Shown piece after piece: positions 39,733 through 48,532 of a stretch of DNA of 57,497 bases; the first letter of the stretch is position 1; every line of letters starts with the position of its first letter. The translations under genes and the position numbers were made by a program. The notes under the pieces are model-generated. The model searched no databases and was not told where the DNA came from. It saw nothing but the letters and a program-made list of their open reading frames with translations. Origin of the DNA: an uncultured Acidobacteriota bacterium (GTDB lineage Bacteria > Acidobacteriota > Vicinamibacteria > Vicinamibacterales > UBA8438). The stretch is from the NCBI GenBank assembly GCA_913043225.1, contig CAJWLU010000021.1:1-57497 (forward strand), given 5' to 3'.

Positions 39733-41091
39733 ATGATCGTCACTAGCAAGCGGATGTCTCGACGGACGGTGCTGCGAGGCCTGGGGGCCACCATGGCGCT
39801 GCCATGGCTCGACGCCATGATGCCCGCTTTTGGTTCCGTTCGGCTCTCAGCGGCCAGCCCGATCCCGAGGCTGGTCACCGTATATGTGCCAAACGGTATG
39901 CAGATGGAACACTGGACGCCGTCCATCGAGGGACCAGCCTTTGAGCTGACGCGGACGCTGGCGTCGCTGGAGCCGTTTCGTGACCAGCTGCTCGTGGTGA
40001 GTGGGCTCGTCCACGAGACTGCCAACCCTCTGCCGGGCGAGGGCGCGGGCGACCACGCGCGGGCCGGCGCGTGCTATCTGACGGGCGTCCATCCGAGGAA
40101 GACCGAAGGCGCGGATATCCGCGCCGGCATTTCGGCCGACCAGGTCGTGGCTCGCCACGTTGGGCAGGAGACGCAGCTCGCCTCGCTCGAACTGGGGTGC
40201 GACCCGAACTACTTCCTCGGTGCCTGCGACGCTGGCTACAGCTGCGCTTATGGCAACACTTTGTCTTGGCGGGACGAGACCACGCCACTCCCGGTCGAGG
40301 TCAATCCGCGCGCCGTTTTCGAACGGATGTTCGGCGATGCCGAGGATACGAGCCCAGAGGTTCGACGTCGACGGATCGCCGAAGACCGGAGCATCCTCGA
40401 CGGCCTACTCCGAGACGTGGCACGGCTGAAGTCGGATCTGGGCCCCGGCGACCGGCACAAGCTGGAGCAGTATCTGGCCGCGGTGCGTGATGCCGAGCGC
40501 CGCATCCAGGCGGCGGAGCGGCAGGCGGATCGGGAGCTGCCGGTCATCGAAAAGCCGTCCGGGGTTCCGGAGAACTACGCCGACCACGTCCGGTTGATGT
40601 TCGATCTGCAGGTGCTCGCGTTCCAGACCGATCTGACCCGGGTAACCACGTTCATGATGAGTCGAGAGGTGAGTTCGCGCACCTATCCGGAGCTTGGTAT
40701 TCCAGACCCTCATCACCCGTTGTCGCACCACCAGGACGACTCGGCGAAGATGGAGAAGTTGGCCAAGGTGAACGCCTTCCACGTCAGCTTGCTCGGGCAT
40801 TTTCTTGAGCAACTCCGGCAGACCAGTGATGGCGACGGCACGCTGCTGGACCAGGTGATGGTCACCTATGGCTGCGGCATCAGTAACAGCAACCTGCATC
40901 TTCACGACAATCTCCCAATGCTGGTGGCGGGCGGCGGTGCTGGCCAGTTGAAGGGCGGGCGCCACCTGCGCTATCCCGACGACACGCCGATGACCAACCT
41001 GCTGTTGACCCTGCTGGACAAAATGAAGGTGCCGGTGGACCGACTCGGGGACAGCAGCGGGCGGCTTCGTGAACTATCGGAACTTGGCTAA
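39733..41091 (+). CDS. DUF1552 (HXXSHH) protein
   Basis: SRRTVLRG Tat-like leader, YVPNG, CDAGYSCAY, HHPLSHH, DGTLLD. Confidence 0.93.
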   Translation: MIVTSKRMSRRTVLRGLGATMALPWLDAMMPAFGSVRLSAASPIPRLVTVYVPNGMQMEHWTPSIEGPAFELTRTLASLEPFRDQLLVVSGLVHETANPLPGEGAGDHARAGACYLTGVHPRKTEGADIRAGISADQVVARHVGQETQLASLELGCDPNYFLGACDAGYSCAYGNTLSWRDETTPLPVEVNPRAVFERMFGDAEDTSPEVRRRRIAEDRSILDGLLRDVARLKSDLGPGDRHKLEQYLAAVRDAERRIQAAERQADRELPVIEKPSGVPENYADHVRLMFDLQVLAFQTDLTRVTTFMMSREVSSRTYPELGIPDPHHPLSHHQDDSAKMEKLAKVNAFHVSLLGHFLEQLRQTSDGDGTLLDQVMVTYGCGISNSNLHLHDNLPMLVAGGGAGQLKGGRHLRYPDDTPMTNLLLTLLDKMKVPVDRLGDSSGRLRELSELG

Positions 41092-41125
41092 GCGGTCTGT
41101 GTTCAGGCCTCACGAGGAGAGAACG

Positions 41126-43033
41126 ATGGGTTGTGTGCGTAAGAACAACGTCGTCCGGGCCGGGCTCCGGCTGTCTGTCGCCGCGATCGGCATGAGCCTC
41201 CTGTTCGTGGCAGGCGCGCAGGCGGAAGTGCCCGGCACGGCAAGTGTTACCGGAACCGTCTCGGCTTCCGAGTCGTTTCAGGCCGCGCAGGTCTATTTGC
41301 GAAATGTCGACCGCGGTATCGTCTACCAGGTCTACACCAACGGTGGGCAGTTCCGAGCCGTGGCGTTGTTTCCCGGGACCTACGAGGTGAGCGCTAGCAC
41401 GAAACGGCTCGAGTCTGACGTGCAGACCATCACCGTGTCGGCCGGCGATTCCCCCGTGGTCAGCCTGACCCTGGGGCCGCTGTCTGGTGATGCGCCACCG
41501 CTCGTGATTCCAGCCGGTCGGACCGCCATGGAGCGCGGGACGAGTGGCGAGGTCCAGTACGCCAGCTACGACGAGATCTATCCGCCGGGACCGGGGCGCG
41601 ACGTGGCCGAGCAGGTTTGCATGGCCTGCCACGGCGAGAACTTCTTCCCGACCCGCCCCGGGACACAGCGGCAGTGGGAGAGTTGGATCGACCACATGGT
41701 GGGGTCGACGCTGGGCGAGCAGGACCCGACCCGGTATGGCCAGGGGCTGCTGTCGTTCCGAGCTTCGATGTTCCGCTTCGGTCGCGAGGACCGGGACGCG
41801 TTGCTCAACTACGTGGTAGAGAACTTCGGGCCCGACAGCGGACGGCGCCGCGTAGCCATTGAGAAGCAGACGCCCATCGATGAGGAAGCGCTCGGCAACG
41901 CGATGTATATCGAGTATTACTTGCCGAAGGACAGCCCTGGCGAGGGTCAGAACGATCCGCAGTGGGCGCGCGACCGCGTCAGCCGTTATGGGCAGGACCC
42001 ACGTTTCGATGCCGACGGCAACGTCTGGCTTGTCGACCGCGGCGTGCCGCATCGCCTGGTGAAGCTCGACCCGCGCACCGGTGAGCAGAAGGAGTGGCTC
42101 TATCCGGATCCGCGCAATGGCAACCACGAGATCCTGATCGACCCCGAGGGCATGATCTGGCTGCCTGAGCACCGTGGTCGCACCGGCGACAAGGAGAAGC
42201 GGTTACTCGGCTTCAACTCGAAGAACGAGCAGTGGGAGCACGAGATCCTGATGGACCCGGACGACGTGGTCCGCAACCCGACCAAGTTCATGCAGTCGCT
42301 GGCGATGGACTCGAAGGGCAACATCTACGTGGGCTGGATCATGGGCGGCGCGCTCAGCAAGTGGGAGAAGGCAACCGGTGAGGTGTCGGTCTTCCGTATC
42401 CCCACCCCGCACGCCATTCCCTACGGCGTGGTGGCGGACAAGAACGACAACATCTGGATTGCGCTTTGGAGCGGCGGCAAGATCGTGAAGTTCGACACTT
42501 CGAACAACTCCTGGACGGAGTACACGGCGCCGACCTACCCGGCACATACCCGCCGGCTGAACGTCGACAAGGACAACAATATCTGGTGGGGCATCTACTC
42601 GGCCGGTAAGCGTGATGGCAAGCTGGTCAAATTGGACCAGTCGACCGGCAAGATGACCGAGTGGTCGATTCCGCAGCAGAACGCCGAACCGTATGACGTG
42701 GCACCTGATCCGGAGGGTAATATCTGGGCGGCCGACGTGGGCCAGCGGATCGATGGCGACTACGGGGCGACGATCTGGCGCTTCAATCCCAACACCGAGG
42801 AGTTCACCTTCTATCCGAAACCGCAGCGTCACGCCGACTCGCCAAAGATTCAGGTGACGGGCGACGGCGCGGTCTGGTATTCGCCCCGCGGTAGTCGTGA
42901 GGCGCCAGCCTTCGGCGTGCTTTATCCAGACATGGACAAGATCGATTCCTTGGCCGCGTACTACGAGTTTGGACCACCGGGGTATCCCTTCGAGGTGCCG
43001 TCGGCCGGGACGACCGACGACGACGGACAGTAG
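41126..43033 (+). CDS. Secreted carboxypeptidase-regulatory-like domain + monoheme cytochrome c + Vgb-like beta-propeller
   Basis: RBS GAGGAG; signal peptide; VTGTV..LFPGTYEVSA; CMACH..W..IDHM; repeated PYG..D.D.NIW blades. Confidence 0.8.
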   Translation: MGCVRKNNVVRAGLRLSVAAIGMSLLFVAGAQAEVPGTASVTGTVSASESFQAAQVYLRNVDRGIVYQVYTNGGQFRAVALFPGTYEVSASTKRLESDVQTITVSAGDSPVVSLTLGPLSGDAPPLVIPAGRTAMERGTSGEVQYASYDEIYPPGPGRDVAEQVCMACHGENFFPTRPGTQRQWESWIDHMVGSTLGEQDPTRYGQGLLSFRASMFRFGREDRDALLNYVVENFGPDSGRRRVAIEKQTPIDEEALGNAMYIEYYLPKDSPGEGQNDPQWARDRVSRYGQDPRFDADGNVWLVDRGVPHRLVKLDPRTGEQKEWLYPDPRNGNHEILIDPEGMIWLPEHRGRTGDKEKRLLGFNSKNEQWEHEILMDPDDVVRNPTKFMQSLAMDSKGNIYVGWIMGGALSKWEKATGEVSVFRIPTPHAIPYGVVADKNDNIWIALWSGGKIVKFDTSNNSWTEYTAPTYPAHTRRLNVDKDNNIWWGIYSAGKRDGKLVKLDQSTGKMTEWSIPQQNAEPYDVAPDPEGNIWAADVGQRIDGDYGATIWRFNPNTEEFTFYPKPQRHADSPKIQVTGDGAVWYSPRGSREAPAFGVLYPDMDKIDSLAAYYEFGPPGYPFEVPSAGTTDDDGQ

Positions 43034-43046
43034 GGTGGCAGTCTCT

Positions 43047-43095
43047 GTACACAACAACGGCCGGACCCTTCGTGGGCCCGGCCGTTGTTGTGTAC
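43047..43095. terminator. Long hairpin between convergent genes (probable bidirectional terminator)
   Basis: GTACACAACAACGGCCGG...CCGGCCGTTGTTGTGTAC, 18-bp perfect arms. Confidence 0.8.
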
Positions 43096-43110
43096 GAGCT
43101 TGCCGCGTTC

Positions 43111-44520
43111 CTACAGCCCGAAGCCCAGCCGGTTGTCCCGCATCATGATCGGCTGACCCTCGGTGACGAAGCTCGGCACGATCTGGTCGATGGCGGTGGT
43201 TCTGGTTTGGCGCATCACCATCCGGAACTCGTCCAGGATGAGATCGAGCACCTTGTCGACGCCCGGCTCGCCAAAGGCGCCGAGGCCCCAGACGTAGGGA
43301 CGCCCGATGCCGACGGCATCGGCGCCCAGCGCCAGCGCCTTGAAGATGTCGGCGCCGCGTCGGACGCCGCTGTCGATCAGCACTGGCACCCGCCCGGCCA
43401 CACCTTCCACCACCTCCGGCAGCGCGTCGATGGTGCCCCGCATCATGTTCACGCCGCGACCGCCGTGGTTCGACACGAACACCCCGTCGGCGCCGTACTC
43501 GACCGCCAGTTCCGCCTCCTCGCGGGTGACGACACCCTTCACCAGCACCTTCATCTCGGTGTAGTCCTTGAGCCGCTTCAGGTAATCCCAGTCGTAGGGC
43601 GGACGCTCGCCGGCTGGGCCATCGAGGTCGCGTCGCATCGGGCGCTGGTAACCTTCGCGATGGTTGTGGCAGTTCTGGCAGAGTGCGGCCGCGGCGCCTT
43701 CCGACCCTGACGACCGTCGGCTCAGCTCTCGGTTGCTGCCGCCCAGCAGGTCGATGGTCCACACCATCACCGGACAGCCGGCCGCCTCGACCCGGTCGAT
43801 GGACCGTCTGACCACGTTCCAATCGGGGCGGATGTAGAGCTGGAACCAGTGGGGCTCGCCGAACCCCTCGGCGATGTCCTCGTACGACTGCGAGCTTTCG
43901 TGCGATTGCACCGGCCACACGCCGTGGCGGGCCGCCGCCTTGGCCGCGGCTACCTCACCTTCGGTGTGGAACGCCTGAAGCGCCGCCACCGGGCAGGTGA
44001 AGAGCGGCGACCCGTAGGTCTTGCCGTAGAGCTCGACCGACGTGTCGAGGTCGTTCATCGGTTGGCCGAGACGACGCGGACGCAAGGCGAGCCGATTGAA
44101 ACCGGACCGATTTGCGTACCTGGTTTCGTAGTTGTCGACGCCCAGGTGCAGGAAGGACCAATGTTCTGGCAGGTTGTTCGCGTGGGTGGTCATCTCCATG
44201 TCCCACACGTTGACTGCCAGCTCGGGCGAGTCAATGACCTGGCCAGTCATCTGCCCTTCAAGGAAGCGGTTCGGGTCTGGTATGGCGTCTTGCTGTGCAC
44301 CCGCGCCACCCGGCGCCCCTGCCACCAGCGGCTGCCCACAGGTGGAACAGATGCTGGCCGCTTTGGCCTTACGTTTGGCTTCTTGCGCCACCGCGGTCTG
44401 CCAGCTTGCCGGCAGGGCCGGGTAGGCGGCGGCCAGCAGCGGGCTGCCAGCCAGGAACTGGATGAAACGACGACGGCTCTCGCGCTTGAGCGCGTCCGGG
44501 TTGGTGCGCGTGTCAGGCAT
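43111..44520 (-). CDS. FMN-dependent alpha-hydroxy-acid oxidase/dehydrogenase with Tat signal
   Basis: RBS AAGGAGGAG; SRRRFIQ; WFQLY, LVKG, VSNHGGR, DSGVRRGADIFKALALGA, GRP. Confidence 0.92.
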   Translation of the reverse strand: MPDTRTNPDALKRESRRRFIQFLAGSPLLAAAYPALPASWQTAVAQEAKRKAKAASICSTCGQPLVAGAPGGAGAQQDAIPDPNRFLEGQMTGQVIDSPELAVNVWDMEMTTHANNLPEHWSFLHLGVDNYETRYANRSGFNRLALRPRRLGQPMNDLDTSVELYGKTYGSPLFTCPVAALQAFHTEGEVAAAKAAARHGVWPVQSHESSQSYEDIAEGFGEPHWFQLYIRPDWNVVRRSIDRVEAAGCPVMVWTIDLLGGSNRELSRRSSGSEGAAAALCQNCHNHREGYQRPMRRDLDGPAGERPPYDWDYLKRLKDYTEMKVLVKGVVTREEAELAVEYGADGVFVSNHGGRGVNMMRGTIDALPEVVEGVAGRVPVLIDSGVRRGADIFKALALGADAVGIGRPYVWGLGAFGEPGVDKVLDLILDEFRMVMRQTRTTAIDQIVPSFVTEGQPIMMRDNRLGFGL

Positions 44521-44567
44521 GCCTGACTCCTCCTTGGTTGTGTGCGATTGGGCGTTGACGGTCGCGG

Positions 44568-44996
44568 TTAGCCGGAGACGGCAGCGTGCTCGTACCACTC
44601 GGCCGGCTCTTCACCCGGTTCAGGTAACACCTTGCCGGCTTCCATGGTCCACGACGCCGGAGCTTCGCTGATGCGGCCGCTCACCTGGTCTGTCGGCACG
44701 CCGGCAATGGCAGAGAAGCGCTTCAGCAGCCCGGCCAGGATCTTGGCCTTCAACTCGGGTGGTCGGCCGCCGCGGTTGCCGCCCGCCACGAAGTAGGGCG
44801 TGTCGGCCTTGATGGTGCCGCTGCCATGCGTGTCGGGCAGTTCGAAGCCAGCCGTGGCTTCGAGAAACACCACCTGCACGAAGTTCCGCGGCGCCGCCGA
44901 GAGGCCGCAATGCACGTCGGTGAACGCGGTGGCGATCTCCGCGCGTTGGTCGTAGGTCAACGAGCCTTCAGGAATCACGCATCGGTAGACAGGCAC
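44568..44996 (-). CDS. Tautomerase superfamily, cis-CaaD/Cg10062-like (Pro-1)
   Basis: GTG at 44996 lies 8 nt from AGGAG and gives M-PVYRC; TDVH, NRGGR, MEAGKVLPEPGEE. Confidence 0.85.
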   Translation of the reverse strand: MPVYRCVIPEGSLTYDQRAEIATAFTDVHCGLSAAPRNFVQVVFLEATAGFELPDTHGSGTIKADTPYFVAGGNRGGRPPELKAKILAGLLKRFSAIAGVPTDQVSGRISEAPASWTMEAGKVLPEPGEEPAEWYEHAAVSG

Positions 44997-45020
44997 AGCC
45001 ATTTCTCCTGTGTTGAGGGC

Positions 45021-45353
45021 CTAGCCGGCCCAGCTCTCGTCCCGAGCCGAAATGACGAGGTCATGCGCCGTGGCGCCGGTCAGCCGGCACCATTCGTCCG
45101 CCATGCTCTTGAGCAGCCGTTCGCGAGTGTCCCGGTCGCACCCGTCTGGAATGCGTCCGCGCACGAGCGACGTGTTCGACGGCTCGCCGCCTCGAAACCC
45201 GAACCCCTTCTTCACGACGACCCAGGAGAACTCGGCCGGTCCCGCGTCCGCTCCCAGCACGTCGAGACAGACGTCCTCGAGCGCCGTGGCCAGCTTGGGG
45301 CGCAGCGTCTCGTCGACGCAGCCCTCTTGCACGATGCAATCAAACTTCACCAT
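45021..45353 (-). CDS. Small protein, probable tautomerase-like beta-alpha-beta fold without Pro-1
   Basis: MVKFDCIVQEG...LATALEDV...GFRGGEPS..SLVRG..PDG....RERLL...W..LTG; pattern parallels the downstream tautomerase. Confidence 0.6.
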   Translation of the reverse strand: MVKFDCIVQEGCVDETLRPKLATALEDVCLDVLGADAGPAEFSWVVVKKGFGFRGGEPSNTSLVRGRIPDGCDRDTRERLLKSMADEWCRLTGATAHDLVISARDESWAG

Positions 45354-45441
45354 GAGCGTGATAATCCTACCTCCGATTGTCCGTCGGTTCAGCTGGCCCG
45401 TCGCCCTCGGGGCCGCTTCCGCGATATGCTGGCGCAGCTTG

Positions 45442-46194
45442 ATGGTGAGGAAGTCAGTCGCCGCTTCCGTTGTCGCTATCGCGGTTGGGCTGGGCGTTGT
45501 GTCCCACGCGCAACCGGTGGCGGTCGAGAACCGGGTCGCCGCACGTCTCGACGCGGGGCAGCCGGCGATCGGCACGTTCACCCGAGGGGCGCCCAACCTC
45601 GACTTCGTGGTGATCGACGCTCAGTATGGCGACTTCGATCTGGACGCGATCGAGGGGCGGTTGCAGGCGTTGAAGGCTGACCGGAGTGCGTCGAGTGCGC
45701 TGCCGGTGGTGCGGATCCCGCTGAGCGCGGTGGAAGCGCCCGAGGCCGTCGTTGGCGCTCTGATCGAGCTGGGTGTGCCGGGCATTATGTTCCCGGACAT
45801 CGAGACACCGGCCCAGGCGGTACGCGCCATTGCGTCCCTGCGGGACGCCTCGGAGGCGGGCGTGTGGCCCGAGGCGCCGTCGGGGCAGCTCCTGGCGATG
45901 GTTCAGATCGAGTCGATGGTGGGCATCGACCAGCTCGATGCCGTGCTCGACGTGCCCGGCATCGGCGTGATCTTCCTGGGGCCCACCGACCTGGCCGGGG
46001 CGATTGGCGCCGACGGACCGGACGCCCCGGAGGTCGAGGCGCTGGTGCAGCAGGCGCTCGCCGTCTGTGTGCGGCGCGAGGTGGCGTGCGGTTATCCGAT
46101 CGTGGCCCGCTCGGCCGCTGATGCCGAGCAGCAGCGCGAACGGCGACTTGGCGAAGGATTCAAGGTGCTGGCGGTGATGACGGTCTCGCGATAA
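45442..46194 (+). CDS. HpcH/HpaI aldolase-family protein with signal peptide
   Basis: VVRIP, GIMFP.IET, MVQIES, VPGI..IFLGPTDL; hydrophobic leader ending SHA. Confidence 0.85.
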   Translation: MVRKSVAASVVAIAVGLGVVSHAQPVAVENRVAARLDAGQPAIGTFTRGAPNLDFVVIDAQYGDFDLDAIEGRLQALKADRSASSALPVVRIPLSAVEAPEAVVGALIELGVPGIMFPDIETPAQAVRAIASLRDASEAGVWPEAPSGQLLAMVQIESMVGIDQLDAVLDVPGIGVIFLGPTDLAGAIGADGPDAPEVEALVQQALAVCVRREVACGYPIVARSAADAEQQRERRLGEGFKVLAVMTVSR

Positions 46195-46223
46195 CAGGGG
46201 AACCAGCAGTGGAGCAGGCAGTG

Positions 46224-47942
46224 ATGCAGCGAATTCGACACGTGGGTCTGGTGGCGTGCGGAGCAATCGTGGTGCAGCTCGGCGTCGGAAGTCCGAGCGC
46301 CGCGCAGACGTCCAACTGGGAGGAGGTCACCGAAGAGCGGTTGCTGACCCCAGAGGACGGCGATTGGGCCAACTACCGCCGTACCTACGATGTGACCGGT
46401 TACAGCCCGCTGACCCAGATCAACCGCGTTAACGTCGGCGACCTCCGGCTGGTGTGGGCCCACTCGATGGGCGACACCAACCGCTGGGTGCCGACGCCGG
46501 TGGTATCGAATCATCTGATGTATGTGGCCGAGAGCGACCGCGTTACGGCCTTCGAGGTCGAGACCGGGGAAGTGGCCTGGGTGCATCAGCGGAGCTACCC
46601 CGAAGATATCCAGAAGTCGCAGGCGCTCGGGCGCTCGCGCGGCGTATCGCTCTACAACGACCTGGTCTACTGGGGCACCGCTGATTCGGCGCTGGTCGCC
46701 ATCGACGCGGAGACGGGCGATCCGCAGTGGGAAGTGAGCACCGGCGACTACAGCGACGGCCTGGGTCATGCCCATCCGGCTTTGATTGCCGACGGCAAGG
46801 TGATTCTGGGTTTCGCCGGCGGCGACAAGAGCGCGCGGGGCTTGGTGGTCGCGCACGATGCCGAGACCGGCGAGCATCTCTGGACTACCTACACCATCCC
46901 GGCACCCGGCGAGCCTGGCTACGAGACCTGGACCGAGCGCGAGTTGCCGCCGATGGGTGGCCTCACCTGGGGCACCATCAGCTACGACCCCGAGCTGAAG
47001 TTCATCTACCTGGGCACCGGCCAGCCGACCCCGTGGGCCTCGACCCTGCGCGGGCCGGGCGATGCGCTCTACACCAACTCGATCTTGGCGCTCGATATCG
47101 ACACCGGCGAGCTGCAGTGGCACTTCCAGGTGGTGCCGGCCGACAACTGGGATCTGGATGCCGCCCATGAGAGCATGCTCGTGGATCTGGAGATCGGCGG
47201 TCGCGTGTTCAAAGCGCTGATCGAAACGAGCAAGATCGGCTGGGGCCTGGTGCTCGACCGCGAGACCGGCCGCTTCCTCCACGCATTCCGGACCGGTTAC
47301 GACAACATCATCGAGGGCTGGACCGATACCGGCAGTCCTATCTACAACCCCGAGCAGATCCCGACCATGGAAGACGTCGACTCGGGGAAGACGTTTGAGG
47401 TGTGTCCACATTTCCACGGCACCCGTAACCTGAACGCGCCCAGCTACAGCCCCGCAACCGGGTTCTACTACCTCGGGCTCAACAACAGCTGTATGGACGT
47501 GACCTACGTGTCGGAGGACTACCAGCCTGGACGTATCTATCGAGGCATGGCCAGTCGCACGAAGATGGTGCCGGGCTATGACTACATTGGCGAGTTCGCT
47601 GCCTTTGATCCGAAGACGGGGGACCGTGCCTGGACCTACGAGGTTCCGAATGGTGTAGCCGTCACCGCCTCGGCGCTGGCTACGGGTGGCGGGTTGGTAT
47701 TCAGCGGCACCGCCGACCGGCGGCTCTTCGCCCTCGACCACGAGACGGGCGACCTGCTGTGGGAGACACGCCTCAATGGCGATATCTCGGGTGCGCCGGT
47801 GACCTTCGAGGTGAACGGCCGGCAGTATTTGGCCGTCGGCGCCGGCGGCCGCATCGGAATGACTACCTCCTACGCGAACTTCACCGACACCAACATCCCG
47901 CAGGGCAGTGGCGTGATGTGGGTGTTCGCGCTGCCCGAGTAG
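46224..47942 (+). CDS. PQQ-dependent alcohol dehydrogenase-like protein (divergent)
   Basis: YRRTYD..GYSPLTQIN, GDALYTNS, WHFQVVPADNWDLD, LATGGGLVF, GRQYLAV. Confidence 0.9.
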   Translation: MQRIRHVGLVACGAIVVQLGVGSPSAAQTSNWEEVTEERLLTPEDGDWANYRRTYDVTGYSPLTQINRVNVGDLRLVWAHSMGDTNRWVPTPVVSNHLMYVAESDRVTAFEVETGEVAWVHQRSYPEDIQKSQALGRSRGVSLYNDLVYWGTADSALVAIDAETGDPQWEVSTGDYSDGLGHAHPALIADGKVILGFAGGDKSARGLVVAHDAETGEHLWTTYTIPAPGEPGYETWTERELPPMGGLTWGTISYDPELKFIYLGTGQPTPWASTLRGPGDALYTNSILALDIDTGELQWHFQVVPADNWDLDAAHESMLVDLEIGGRVFKALIETSKIGWGLVLDRETGRFLHAFRTGYDNIIEGWTDTGSPIYNPEQIPTMEDVDSGKTFEVCPHFHGTRNLNAPSYSPATGFYYLGLNNSCMDVTYVSEDYQPGRIYRGMASRTKMVPGYDYIGEFAAFDPKTGDRAWTYEVPNGVAVTASALATGGGLVFSGTADRRLFALDHETGDLLWETRLNGDISGAPVTFEVNGRQYLAVGAGGRIGMTTSYANFTDTNIPQGSGVMWVFALPE

Positions 47943-48479
47943 CTACTGCGTCTTTACGTCCATCACTTTGTGGGGGTCGCCCCTGAAGATGATGTAGCTG
48001 ATCGAATCGGTGTCGATCTTGTGCCAGGCGTGCGGCATCCCTTTGGGAATGATCGCGATGTCGCCCGGTTCGACATACTGCAGGATGCCGCCGCGGATCC
48101 TGCCTCGTTCCATCGGTCCGAGGAGCGCGCTTTCGCTGCTCTGCACCTCAACGAAATCACCACCGTTCACCATCGTGCCGGTGCCCGACAGCACGTAGTA
48201 GATTTCGTCCAGGTCGGGGTGGGCGATGCCCGTCACGTTGTCTCTGATCTCCACTTTGCTTCGCTGCACCACCGACACGCCCAGATGCTCGTCGCCCACG
48301 TCGAGGTGACGGACGACGATGTCGCTCACCGTGCGGCCCGCGGCCAGGTTGTCGAGGCCCTGCAGTAGTACCTCGTTCACCTCCCGTTTGGGGATGATGG
48401 TGGAACCGCCGTCTTGCCCAATGGGGGTTGCCGCGGACAGGAGGATGAGCATCAGGCTAGAGAGTAGGGCACGCGGCAT
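47943..48479 (-). CDS. Secreted cupin-domain protein
   Basis: Signal peptide; H...DEIYYVLSGTG, PGD..IIPKGMPH. Confidence 0.85.
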   Translation of the reverse strand: MPRALLSSLMLILLSAATPIGQDGGSTIIPKREVNEVLLQGLDNLAAGRTVSDIVVRHLDVGDEHLGVSVVQRSKVEIRDNVTGIAHPDLDEIYYVLSGTGTMVNGGDFVEVQSSESALLGPMERGRIRGGILQYVEPGDIAIIPKGMPHAWHKIDTDSISYIIFRGDPHKVMDVKTQ

Positions 48480-48532
48480 TGGCGTTCTTCTTCGTGTCGA
48501 GGCGTCAGGTTGTACGCCTTGGGTAGCGCGGG

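Noticed and set aside
41126..43033. Streptogramin resistance (vgb)
   Set aside because: Only fold-level similarity; the protein is exported and heme-fused, unlike Vgb
24945..44520. lctP plus alpha-hydroxy-acid oxidase as a lactate operon
   Set aside because: More than 16 kb apart, and the oxidase appears exported, so no direct link is supported
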